From contig CASGCS010000014.1 in NCBI GenBank assembly GCA_949300025.1, positions 39,483 through 103,482 of the forward strand: a stretch of DNA of 64,000 bases, written 5' to 3'. The stretch comes from an uncultured bacterium. Its GTDB lineage: Bacteria > Bacteroidota > Bacteroidia > Bacteroidales > UBA932. The position numbers were made by a program, and so were the translations under genes. The number at the start of each line of letters is the position of its first letter. The stretch's first letter is position 1. The notes under the pieces are model-generated. The model searched no databases. It was not told the DNA's origin and saw only the letters and a list, made by a program, of their open reading frames with translations. Positions 55,943 to 64,000 of the stretch are shown here, piece after piece.

Positions 55943-56848
55943 ATGGCAAAGATACAGACCGGATTGGGGAGAGGGCTCGACGCCCTGATTTCAGACGCTA
56001 CCTTTCTCAAGGGCAGCCAGAGAGAAGAGGGCAATGAAAAAGGGATACTCTCTACCGCGGAGATAGAGATAGAGAAGATAGAACCCAACCCTTATCAGCC
56101 CAGGACAGAGTTCGACCAAGAGGCCCTGGAGGAACTCTCGCGTTCGATAAGCCTGATAGGGCTGATCCAGCCCATAACGATACGCCCGGTGGAGGGCGGC
56201 AGGTATCAGATTATAAGCGGAGAGAGGAGATACCGTGCAAGCAGGCTGGCCGGACTGCGCACCATTCCGGCATACATAAAGGATACCGACGACAACGGCA
56301 TGCTGGAGATGGCCATTGTAGAGAACGTGCAGCGCGAAGACCTCGACCCCATTGAGATTGCGGTAAGTTTCCGCCGCCTTATGGAAGAGTGCAACCTGAC
56401 ACAGGAAGCCATGTCGGAAAGGGTCGGCAAAAAAAGGGCAACTGTAGCCAACTACCTGCGCCTGCTCAATCTTCCCGCCGAGATACAGTTGGCCATCAAG
56501 GCAAAGAAGCTCACAATGGGCCACGCCAAATCGCTTCTGGGGCTCGAGAGCGACAGGGACAAGCTTAAAATAGCCAACCTCATAATAGAAAAAGATCTCT
56601 CTGTAAGGGATGTGGAGGCAAAGGTGAGGAAGATGAACGAGCCGCGCGCCGCCAGAGCGGAAAAGCAGACGATGGAACTTACGGAGAACCATTTCAGGAT
56701 TGTTGAGACTCTTGGCAGATATTTTGATAACAATGTCTCCATAAAAAGAGACGAAAACGGAGCGGGAAGCATTACAATCAGATTTTCTTCAGACGAGCAG
56801 ATAGACTCCTTTACAAAAGCGTTGGACAAAGGTAACTTGTTAGCATAG
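55943..56848 (+). CDS. parB: chromosome partitioning protein ParB/Spo0J
   Basis: 301 aa; GLGRGLDALI, ISGERRYRASRLAG, HTH region. Confidence 0.9.
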   Translation: MAKIQTGLGRGLDALISDATFLKGSQREEGNEKGILSTAEIEIEKIEPNPYQPRTEFDQEALEELSRSISLIGLIQPITIRPVEGGRYQIISGERRYRASRLAGLRTIPAYIKDTDDNGMLEMAIVENVQREDLDPIEIAVSFRRLMEECNLTQEAMSERVGKKRATVANYLRLLNLPAEIQLAIKAKKLTMGHAKSLLGLESDRDKLKIANLIIEKDLSVRDVEAKVRKMNEPRAARAEKQTMELTENHFRIVETLGRYFDNNVSIKRDENGAGSITIRFSSDEQIDSFTKALDKGNLLA

Positions 56849-57831
56849 TGCATATTTTCAAAGCCATATCAGACATCGGGGGCAGAAGTTTCTGCAAGGC
56901 GGCGCTGTTTGCGGCAATTCTCATCCTTGCAGCCGGCAAAAGTGCGCTTGCGCAGCGCAACCTCTCTTCGGGGACGTTCACCGCGGCCGGAGTTCCCGGG
57001 GCAAACAGCACCCAGACAGACCTTGCAGATACGGCGCAGGCTGTGGAAGCTACAAAGCCTTCGTTTACCATACCAATGTATTTCAGAGCATTGGCCCATA
57101 AGGACACCATGAAGATTGCACACATGTTCGCCGGCAGCGTCGTATTGCCGGGCAGCGCCCAGATATACAACAGACAGGCATGGAAAGTGCCTGTAATTTA
57201 CGGAGTTGCAGGAGGATTCGTTGGAGGTGCGATTGCCTTTAACGTAAACTATCAGCGTACCGGAAAAACAAGTTACAAGAACATGAGGAATCTCATGATT
57301 GCCGGTACCGTGCTCACTTATTACGGCAGTCTGCTCGACGGCGTAATCTCATATAAAAGCGACCAGAAACCGCTGCCGGCCAGGGCTTCTCTATACTCTG
57401 CGCTGCTGCCCGGGCTCGGACAGGCCTACAACGGAGACTACTGGAAAATCCCTATTTTCTACGGAGGCCTCGCCGTATCGGGCTACTGCTGGGCCTTCAA
57501 CCAGAAACAGTACAAAAGGTACAAGAACATGTATATAGAGGCTGTGGCCGCCGGAGACCAGTACGATGGAGCCATCTCGCTCGACAACATGATATGGTAC
57601 CGCGACAAGTTCAGAAGATACAGAGACTACTCAATCATAGCGACAGTTTTGGTTTATGTGCTCAATATAATAGACGCCAACGTGTTCGCCTATTTCAACG
57701 ACTTCGACATTTCAGACGACATAACGCTGAACGTAGAACCGGGATTCATAGACAATATCATTCCCGAGAGCACCGTGTCCAACAAATACTATGTACAGAG
57801 TGTCGGGCTTAAAATCAATATGAATTTTTAA
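56848..57831 (+). CDS. DUF5683-like membrane protein
   Basis: 327 aa, GTG start overlapping the parB stop; SALLPGLGQAYNGDYWKIPIFYGG motif; conserved position after parB in Bacteroidales (recall). Confidence 0.6.
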   Translation: MHIFKAISDIGGRSFCKAALFAAILILAAGKSALAQRNLSSGTFTAAGVPGANSTQTDLADTAQAVEATKPSFTIPMYFRALAHKDTMKIAHMFAGSVVLPGSAQIYNRQAWKVPVIYGVAGGFVGGAIAFNVNYQRTGKTSYKNMRNLMIAGTVLTYYGSLLDGVISYKSDQKPLPARASLYSALLPGLGQAYNGDYWKIPIFYGGLAVSGYCWAFNQKQYKRYKNMYIEAVAAGDQYDGAISLDNMIWYRDKFRRYRDYSIIATVLVYVLNIIDANVFAYFNDFDISDDITLNVEPGFIDNIIPESTVSNKYYVQSVGLKINMNF

Positions 57832-57847
57832 ACAATCAAGGTTGGTG

Positions 57848-59473
57848 ATGACAAAGAAATACTCCATGATTCTGCTGCTGTTCGCACTTCTGGCTGCACC
57901 GGCGGCGGCAAACGCGCAATTTCTCAAAAAGATATTCAGAAAGAACGGCGAGGCAAACAGAAAGGAGCTGAAGGCGCAGATAGACAGGCTCGAGAGAGAG
58001 AGAGATTCGCTTCTTACAATAATAGAGGGCGGAGCGATAGCCCTTTCAGATACCACCACTATTGAAGACACCCTGAATGTCGGAGAACTGGACTATGTCA
58101 CAAGCCAGATATTCGGCAATGCCGAACCGGGCAGCAACCCCGACTCGCTGCTGAGCATCTGGTACCGCCAGAAAGCCATTCCCATAGACCGCTTCATTGC
58201 CGAACCCGACAGCGTGGAATACTTCTCAGACATTCCCGATTCTGTCTATATCAAAAAGATAGAGGAGATGAACTCCTTTATTCCGATTCCGTATAACCGT
58301 ACCGTAAGAAACTACATCATACTGTACACCGAAAAAATGCCTGAATTTTCGGAGCAGATACTCGGGCTGAGCCAGTACTATCTCCCCATATTTGAAGAGA
58401 TACTGGACCAGTACAACCTGCCGAAAGAGTTGAAAGTCATGGCTATTATAGAATCAGGGCTGAGCCCTGTAGCAAGGTCGAGGGCCAATGCCAAGGGTAT
58501 ATGGCAGTTCATGTTCAGGACAGCGCTCCAGTATGACCTCAAGATAACCTCGTTTGTCGACGAGAGATACGACCCCATAAAGGCAACCCATGCCGCGGCA
58601 AAATATCTGAGCGACGCCTACACCATTTTCGGAGACTGGGCGCTGGCCATTTCGTCATACAACTGCGGTGCGGGGAATGTAAACAAGGCAATAAGGAGGG
58701 CCGGGTCCAGAGAGTTCTGGGACATCTATCCCTACCTTCCGAGAGAGACGAGAGGATATGTGCCCGCTTTTGTAGGAGCGCTCTATCTTATGAACTATTA
58801 CAAAGACTACAAGCTGGAGCCGGCAAAGACCCAGCTTCCCATAGAGGTAGATACCTTCAAGGTTCACAGGAATCTCCATTTCAAGCAGGTTTCAGAACTT
58901 GTGGGCATTCCAATGGAGACACTCAAGTCGCTCAATCCGCAATATGTGAATGAAATAATTCCAGGAAACGAAAAGAGCGAATATATCCTGCGCATCCCAT
59001 ACAACTACACCGCCGCCTTTGTAGACCACGAAGACAGCCTTTACAACTTCAAGAAAGATGTCTACTTCACTCCTGTAGTCTACAACAGAATCAAGGAAGA
59101 CAGATTGTTGAGCGAGAGCCAGACAATTTATCACAGAGTCCGTTCAGGCGAGACCCTGGGAGGAATAGCCCTAAGATACAGGGTGAGGCTGGCAGACCTC
59201 AAACGGTGGAACAACATAGGCAGCCGCAACCTTATAAGAATAGGACAAAGGCTTGTCATATATAAAAACGGAGGCGCTCCCGCCTCATCTTCGGGCAAGG
59301 CCAAGGTAACCTCCGACGGCAGCTATCAGTATTACACCATAAAGAAGGGCGACACGCTGCTCGGCATAGCCTACTCCTGCGGTGTAAAGCTCAACGACAT
59401 ACTCAGCCTCAACGGCCTATCAAAAAACTCAAAGATATATCCGGGCAAAAAATTGAAAATAAAGAAAATCTAA
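57848..59473 (+). CDS. lytic transglycosylase (SLT domain) with two C-terminal LysM domains (MltD-like)
   Basis: ORF from TTG 57842; ATG 57848; ESGLSPVARSRANAKGIWQFM catalytic motif; LysM repeats YHRVRSGETLGGIA and YYTIKKGDTLLGIA. Confidence 0.8.
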   Translation: MTKKYSMILLLFALLAAPAAANAQFLKKIFRKNGEANRKELKAQIDRLERERDSLLTIIEGGAIALSDTTTIEDTLNVGELDYVTSQIFGNAEPGSNPDSLLSIWYRQKAIPIDRFIAEPDSVEYFSDIPDSVYIKKIEEMNSFIPIPYNRTVRNYIILYTEKMPEFSEQILGLSQYYLPIFEEILDQYNLPKELKVMAIIESGLSPVARSRANAKGIWQFMFRTALQYDLKITSFVDERYDPIKATHAAAKYLSDAYTIFGDWALAISSYNCGAGNVNKAIRRAGSREFWDIYPYLPRETRGYVPAFVGALYLMNYYKDYKLEPAKTQLPIEVDTFKVHRNLHFKQVSELVGIPMETLKSLNPQYVNEIIPGNEKSEYILRIPYNYTAAFVDHEDSLYNFKKDVYFTPVVYNRIKEDRLLSESQTIYHRVRSGETLGGIALRYRVRLADLKRWNNIGSRNLIRIGQRLVIYKNGGAPASSSGKAKVTSDGSYQYYTIKKGDTLLGIAYSCGVKLNDILSLNGLSKNSKIYPGKKLKIKKI

Positions 59474-61431
59474 CCGAACTTTATCTTCAGCCCCAGTTTG
59501 AACCTTTGAGAAGTGCCTGTACCGCCGAACTTTGCATAGAGGGCAGACTTTTTCAAAAAGGCATATTTGAGCAATATGTACCCCGAGACTCCCTTGCCGT
59601 AGAGGAGCGTACCGCCGTATGTTCCCGGCAGTTCGCTCTCATAGGTATAAAGCCTGTTCGCCCACAGTTGCGCATTGTAGAATGTTGCACCCGCCTTTGC
59701 AACCAGTCTGCGTAACGTAAGGGCAGCCTTGACACCGGCCGACACGGCATAGGTTCCGAGCATGAATGAATGACGGCTGTCTGCCCCGAACGAAAAGAGA
59801 GTGCCCATGCTTCGCTCGACATTCAGCACAAGGGAAAACCTGTTTGTCGGAAAATCGTAAAGGTTGGAGGCCGAAAGCCATGTATCGGAGAGTTTTACAT
59901 AACAGTTCCAGATACCGTCTGCTGAAACGCGCGAAAATTTCAGGCTGGCCTTAAGGTGTGAGCCAGGCTTCCTTATGTTATGGCGCGGTTTCGGATAATA
60001 GCAGAAATCCAGGGTCCCCTCGAGCGCAAACCTGCCGAAACTGCTGTAACTGAAACTTGCCACTGCGCCTGTCTGGTTATAGCATCCCGAAAGTGAACTG
60101 GCTGCTCCGGCATGCGGGGCAATATAGTCTGCCGGATAGTGGCGCAACTGCACTCCGGCTTCCCAGTCGCCGGCAAACCTTTTTGACGCCCCGGCCACAA
60201 TAGCCAGCGCCCCTCCCCTGTCGGCGGCGATTTCGCCAAACAGGCTGAATCCTGCCGCCCTTCCGGCAAAATCAAGTGAAAGATTGCCCCACAAACCATC
60301 GTAAAGCCTGTATTTGTTATAATAAAGAGGCTTTGTGCCGCACCGCCTGTCATACATGTAGGCAATACAGTTAATCCCGACCTTGAAATCCGGAAAACTC
60401 CAGCCGACGCTTGCCGCACCAAGATATTCCGACATTGTCTTGCGCCGGGCCATGGCCTGCGGCGTATCATGCAGGCCGTCGTCGTAAATGGTTACATACT
60501 TGCCGTTCTCAATTCTGGCATCCTTCCTGTTGCAGGATACAAGCAGAGAGACATCCATATTTTTAACCGTCAGCCAAACGGCGGCACCGCGATAGAAATC
60601 ACTCTCCCCCGACGATGTATATGGTAGAAGCGGTGCACCCCGTCTGTAAAAGGAGGAGGGTTGCGTTGCACTCCATGGCGAAAATGAGTTCCACAGCACA
60701 AGCCCCTGTCCTAACCTTGCAGAGAAATCTCCGAGTACCAGAGTGTTGATGGTCCACTCTTTAAACAGGTCGTTGGCATGCTTTCCTCCAAGGGGAAGGT
60801 TGCTGCACGAAACAGATGCGGAGAGAAAATCGAATGGCCGTTTCCATGAAGCGAAAAGCGGCTCTCCTGCATCGCTCTCTGCCGTAACGTTGAAAGAGAG
60901 CCTTTCCCCATAACTGCCTCCATATTTTACAAGAAGCGCCGGAGAGAAATCCCCGCACTTTGTAAAGGTGCGCAAATAAAGTTCTGAACGCAGACTCGGA
61001 CTTTCATTACCGTCGCCGGCAGGGCCGAAGGTTATAAAGGGGCGCAGCAGATCTGCCGTAAGAGGGTCGAATCCGTTCAAAAGAGAAAGTTCTCCAAACG
61101 AGAGCAAGGCTCCGCCGTGCTCCCTGTAATCGAGCAGCGCCTCTATCTGAAAAGGTGTAAGAAAAAGCAGCCTCTGCAAATCGGCCCTGCCGGCCCTGTT
61201 TATGTTCAACGGATTGGATGCAAGGTCTGAATAATACTCAAGAAGCGACTCAGCATCTGCAATCTCGCTTTCCAGAGCCGTCTGGTCTGTCACTTCATCC
61301 AGCCTCTCAAGAAGAGATTCCTCAAACAGAGAGAGGCTGTCCGCCCCGCTGCCATGAACGGCTTCGGCACTCTCAGGCACATGGAGAAACAAAAGAAAGG
61401 CTGCGGCTGCCAAAATAAAAAAAGGTCTCAT
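59470..61431 (-). CDS. helix-hairpin-helix domain protein with large beta-rich C-terminal region
   Basis: 653 aa; signal peptide; ComEA-like HhH segments (NINRAGRADLQRL, SFGELSLLNGF); the C-terminus ends in an aromatic barrel-like pattern (KLGLKIKFG). Confidence 0.6.
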   Translation of the reverse strand: MRPFFILAAAAFLLFLHVPESAEAVHGSGADSLSLFEESLLERLDEVTDQTALESEIADAESLLEYYSDLASNPLNINRAGRADLQRLLFLTPFQIEALLDYREHGGALLSFGELSLLNGFDPLTADLLRPFITFGPAGDGNESPSLRSELYLRTFTKCGDFSPALLVKYGGSYGERLSFNVTAESDAGEPLFASWKRPFDFLSASVSCSNLPLGGKHANDLFKEWTINTLVLGDFSARLGQGLVLWNSFSPWSATQPSSFYRRGAPLLPYTSSGESDFYRGAAVWLTVKNMDVSLLVSCNRKDARIENGKYVTIYDDGLHDTPQAMARRKTMSEYLGAASVGWSFPDFKVGINCIAYMYDRRCGTKPLYYNKYRLYDGLWGNLSLDFAGRAAGFSLFGEIAADRGGALAIVAGASKRFAGDWEAGVQLRHYPADYIAPHAGAASSLSGCYNQTGAVASFSYSSFGRFALEGTLDFCYYPKPRHNIRKPGSHLKASLKFSRVSADGIWNCYVKLSDTWLSASNLYDFPTNRFSLVLNVERSMGTLFSFGADSRHSFMLGTYAVSAGVKAALTLRRLVAKAGATFYNAQLWANRLYTYESELPGTYGGTLLYGKGVSGYILLKYAFLKKSALYAKFGGTGTSQRFKLGLKIKFG

Positions 61432-61495
61432 CTATTCTCGCTTTTTGCAATGATAGCGCGAGAATGCGAGACCTTTCATGTAAAAGAGTCAAAAC

Positions 61496-62008
61496 CTAAT
61501 TTGTCTTGAATTTGAATTTTAATTGAGAAAGTTCCTCATTGGCTTTGGCAATCTTTCCGGCCAGATCTTTTTTAAAATTCACGAATTTTTCAAAAATCCT
61601 GGCATCGGAGCAGGCAAGAATCTGTGTCGCGAAAATTGCGGCATTCTTTGCTCCGTCCAAAGCCATTGTCGCAACAGGTATTCCGGAAGGCATCTGCAAG
61701 ATGGAAAGAACTGAATCCCAGCCGTCCATTGAATTGCTCGATTTAATGGGAACACCTATTACAGGCAGAGGCGTAGTTGCAGCTATCACTCCGGGCAGAT
61801 GTGCAGCGCCTCCGGCACCGGCAATTATGACCTTTACCCCTCTTTTGTGCGCATTCCCGGCAAATTCTGCAACCATCTGCGGTACACGGTGGGCAGAAAG
61901 GGCGTTAATCTCAAAAGGAATCTCCATCTGCTCCAGAAAAGCGGCAGCCTGCTCCATCACCTTCATGTCTGAAGTGCTGCCCATGATTATACTGACTTTC
62001 GGTTCCAT
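61496..62008 (-). CDS. purE: 5-(carboxyamino)imidazole ribonucleotide mutase
   Basis: ORF to 62098; ATG 62008 gives MEPKVSIIMGSTSDMKVM; AGGAAHLPGV motif. Confidence 0.9.
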   Translation of the reverse strand: MEPKVSIIMGSTSDMKVMEQAAAFLEQMEIPFEINALSAHRVPQMVAEFAGNAHKRGVKVIIAGAGGAAHLPGVIAATTPLPVIGVPIKSSNSMDGWDSVLSILQMPSGIPVATMALDGAKNAAIFATQILACSDARIFEKFVNFKKDLAGKIAKANEELSQLKFKFKTN

Positions 62009-62087
62009 AAAATATCTCTTTAAATTGACAGAAACAAAATTAATAGATATTTTTGCCGTTACAAAAATTAACCCCTGTTCCAGCATT

Positions 62088-62639
62088 ATGAAACGCATAA
62101 AACTTCACGACAAATATTTCAGGCTCTACATGCCGCACAGACAGATAGAAGAGTCTGTACAGAAGGTGGCAGACCGGCTCAACAAAGATCTCGCAGGAAA
62201 AGATACCCCGATTTTTCTGAGCGTTCTCAACGGCTCTTTCATGTTCACCGCCTCTCTTATGCAGAAAATAGATTTCCAGTGCGACATTGTCTTTATAAAA
62301 CTGGCTTCATATTGCGGGACACAGTCGACCGGAGAGGTAAAGCAGATTATGGGGCTTACAACAGACGTAAAGGGCAAAACCGTTGTCATAGTTGAAGATA
62401 TAGTAGACACCGGCAACACTATCGAAAAGCTGGATGAAATTCTCAGAAAAGAGGGGGCGGCGGAGGTAAAGGTCTGCACCCTGATGTTCAAGCCCGCCTC
62501 ATACAACAAGAGCGTTCCGATAGACTATGCGGCCAACTCCATTCCCAACGATTTCATAGTTGGATTCGGGCTCGATTACGACCAGCTCGGCCGCCAGTAT
62601 AAAGACATATACGTAATAGACGAAAACCAGAACGGATAG
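62088..62639 (+). CDS. hpt: hypoxanthine phosphoribosyltransferase
   Basis: Real start is ATG 62088 inside the artefactual 366-aa ORF; PRPP motif VVIVEDIVDTGNT. Confidence 0.85.
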   Translation: MKRIKLHDKYFRLYMPHRQIEESVQKVADRLNKDLAGKDTPIFLSVLNGSFMFTASLMQKIDFQCDIVFIKLASYCGTQSTGEVKQIMGLTTDVKGKTVVIVEDIVDTGNTIEKLDEILRKEGAAEVKVCTLMFKPASYNKSVPIDYAANSIPNDFIVGFGLDYDQLGRQYKDIYVIDENQNG

Positions 62640-62661
62640 AGGCTGCTATGACTTTTATCGC

Positions 62662-62669
62662 TATCTTTG
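62662..62669 (+). promoter_or_regulatory. -7 promoter box (tatctttg) for adk
   Basis: Exact TAnnTTTG match 29 nt before ATG 62698. Confidence 0.45.
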
Positions 62670-62697
62670 CAGCCGGATTTTAAAGGAGGAACTATAA

Positions 62698-63261
62698 ATG
62701 AAATATTATCTGCTGTTCGGCCCTCCGGGAGCCGGAAAAGGCACACAGGCAAAACTGCTGGTAGAAAAATACAATCTCCGCCATGTCTCAACCGGAGATC
62801 TGCTCAGAAGGGAGATTGCAGCGAAAAGCGAACTTGGGCTCGCGGCAAAGGCTCTCATCGATGCAGGCAATCTCGTAGACGATTCCATTGTGGAGAAGAT
62901 GATAGAGAACGAAATAGACTGCAACCCCGCTGTTCCGGGATTTCTTTTCGACGGTTTCCCCAGAACGGTTGCACAGGCCGAAGCGCTGGACGCTCTGCTT
63001 GCAAAGAGAGGCGAAAGCCTGAGCAAGGTTATCTCCATAATCATAAGCGACTCGCTTGTATTCGAAAGAATTGCCCACAGAGCTGCAATAGAGGGGAGAA
63101 AAGATGACTCCAATCCCGAAATCATAGAAAACAGAATCAAGACCTATCATCAGAAGACAGAACTTCTTGTAAGTTATTACAAGGAGAGGGGCAAATATTT
63201 TGAAATAGACGGAGAGGGCACCATTGAAGATATTTTCAAGAAAATATCTGACCTCATATAA
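62698..63261 (+). CDS. adk: adenylate kinase (short-LID type)
   Basis: 187 aa; GPPGAGKGTQA P-loop, DGFPRT motif. Confidence 0.9.
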   Translation: MKYYLLFGPPGAGKGTQAKLLVEKYNLRHVSTGDLLRREIAAKSELGLAAKALIDAGNLVDDSIVEKMIENEIDCNPAVPGFLFDGFPRTVAQAEALDALLAKRGESLSKVISIIISDSLVFERIAHRAAIEGRKDDSNPEIIENRIKTYHQKTELLVSYYKERGKYFEIDGEGTIEDIFKKISDLI

Positions 63262-63297
63262 CAGCGTACAGATTTAAAGAAACCTGTAAAATTGTGA

Positions 63298-63411
63298 TAC
63301 AAAGTACTTAAGGACGGAACCCAGTCCGCCTACCTTGACTGCTATGTAAACGGCATCCGTGAATACAAGTTCCTCAGCCTCTACCTCAGGCCCGAAACCG
63401 CTGCAGAAAAC
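63298..63411 (+). pseudogene. fragment of a tyrosine integrase N-terminal (arm-binding) domain
   Basis: The frame reads YKVLKDGTQSAYLDCYVNGIREYKFLSLYLRPETAAEN, resembling the SLYLD.Y.NGKR.YEFL.LYL.PE motif of Bacteroidales mobile-element integrases; no catalytic domain follows. Confidence 0.4.
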
Positions 63412-63454
63412 TCAACTTCATTAACTACCGCGGGGATATGGCAGCCGAATATGA

Positions 63455-63538
63455 AGCCAACCACGTCCCCCCAAGGTCCCTTTTGGTGGTTACTACGGCT
63501 GCTCCAACTACCCACGCTGCCGCTACATCCTCAAATAA
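63455..63538 (+). pseudogene. C-terminal fragment of a topoisomerase-type C4 zinc-ribbon protein
   Basis: The frame ends ...FGGYYGCSNYPRCRYILK-stop; an in-frame TGA lies at 63452-63454, so only about 27 codons remain. Confidence 0.4.
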
Positions 63539-63587
63539 TCAGCTTTGCTCCACTCCTCTTTTTCCATACCTTTGCAAAAAACAACCA

Positions 63588-64000
63588 ATGGAAAAATATA
63601 CCAAAGTAGCCCTGACTATAGATGAACAGATAGAACTGCTTGAAGGAAGAGGACTTGACATTCCCGATACGGATAGGACCGCCAGACATCTGTCCAATAT
63701 CAGTTATTACAGGATGAGCGCATACATGATCCCGTTCCGCAAGCCCAATCCTGACGGAAGCCTCTCAAACGACTTCTTTCCCGGCACCACATGGAACGAC
63801 ATAAACAGCCTCTACCGCTTCGACAGGAAACTGCGGATCCTTGTATTCGATGCCATAGAGAGAATAGAAATTGCCCTCCGCACCAAGTTGATATACCAAC
63901 TCAGTCTGAAATACGGCTCTCACTGGCAGAATGAGGCCTCAATATTTCTGCCGCCTCGCACCAACGGGAAAACAGGAAAATCTCTTGATGTATATACCGA
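63588..64000 (+). CDS. Abi_2 (AbiD/AbiF-like) abortive-infection family protein, 3' end outside window
   Basis: Not in the ORF track (it runs off the window). ATG 63588 gives MEKYTKVALTIDEQIELLEGRGLDI...RHLSNISYYRMSAYMIPF...YRFDRKLRILVFDAIERIEIALRTKL, the Abi_2 N-terminal pattern; -7 box tacctttg at 63567-63574. Confidence 0.7.
   Translation, partial: MEKYTKVALTIDEQIELLEGRGLDIPDTDRTARHLSNISYYRMSAYMIPFRKPNPDGSLSNDFFPGTTWNDINSLYRFDRKLRILVFDAIERIEIALRTKLIYQLSLKYGSHWQNEASIFLPPRTNGKTGKSLDVYT

Noticed and set aside
55991-56692. 233-aa minus-strand ORF
   Set aside because: It is antisense to parB, and the parB frame has canonical motifs.
55157-56848. Looked for parS (tGTTTCACGTGAAACa-like) sites and DnaA boxes around parAB
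   Set aside because: No convincing match seen by eye. The CACGTG cores at about 13487 and 22923 lie inside pilus genes with non-matching flanks.
61539-62639. 366-aa plus-strand ORF spanning purE and hpt
   Set aside because: The first half is antisense to the clearly recognisable purE gene and has a low-complexity Ala/Pro/Ile composition. Only the part from ATG 62088 (MKRIKLHDKYF...) matches Hpt, so the long ORF is an artefact of an open antisense frame.
62684-62689. Strong Shine-Dalgarno-like AGGAGG 8 nt before the adk ATG (and AAGGAG before rbr at about 9140-9145), unusual for Bacteroidota
   Set aside because: Purine-rich leaders are common and two cases cannot be separated from chance by eye. 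This would need a genome-wide SD-frequency analysis before it means anything.

Overview
This window is a densely coding chromosomal segment of a Bacteroidales (Bacteroidota) genome, roughly 50% GC by eye. I count about 60 CDS and see no rRNA, tRNA or CRISPR. All family names come from motif recognition while reading the translations; no database search was run.

Housekeeping blocks:
- infB 3' end, tmk, and folP-purB
- rplY-pth
- DPP III and an alanine:cation symporter
- alr
- parA-parB-DUF5683-lytic transglycosylase
- purE, hpt and adk

Accessory content:
1. A small GT4-flippase-GT2 glycan cluster (5.1-8.6 kb).
2. A 16-kb fimbrial region (10.6-26.5 kb). It holds two mirror-image paralogous type V pilus operons, each ordered DUF3868/DUF3575 barrel, DUF5119/Mfa2-like anchor, fimbrillin stalk, large lectin-tipped adhesin. 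It also holds a truncated third DUF3868 paralog and an inverted, promoterless, 5'-truncated GLUG-repeat cassette.
3. An envelope-remodelling cluster (47.1-52.8 kb): pEtN transferase, ArnC-like GT2, LAB_N protein, ArnT-like GT and a Uge-like UDP-glucuronate 4-epimerase.
4. After adk, a decayed integrative-element remnant followed by an Abi_2-type abortive-infection gene that runs off the window.

Signals worth a second look:
- A 12-bp in-frame inverted repeat linking the expressed tip-adhesin gene to the silent GLUG cassette, in a shufflon-like geometry.
- A perfect 17-bp inverted repeat (leader motif) that brackets the whole left pilus operon plus the right operon's promoter.
- An approximately 80-nt repeated element with a covariation-supported hairpin, sitting directly before the start codons of two unrelated minus-strand genes.

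Nothing here is demonstrably a new system from sequence alone. The pilus-region rearrangement hypotheses are the most interesting testable ideas.
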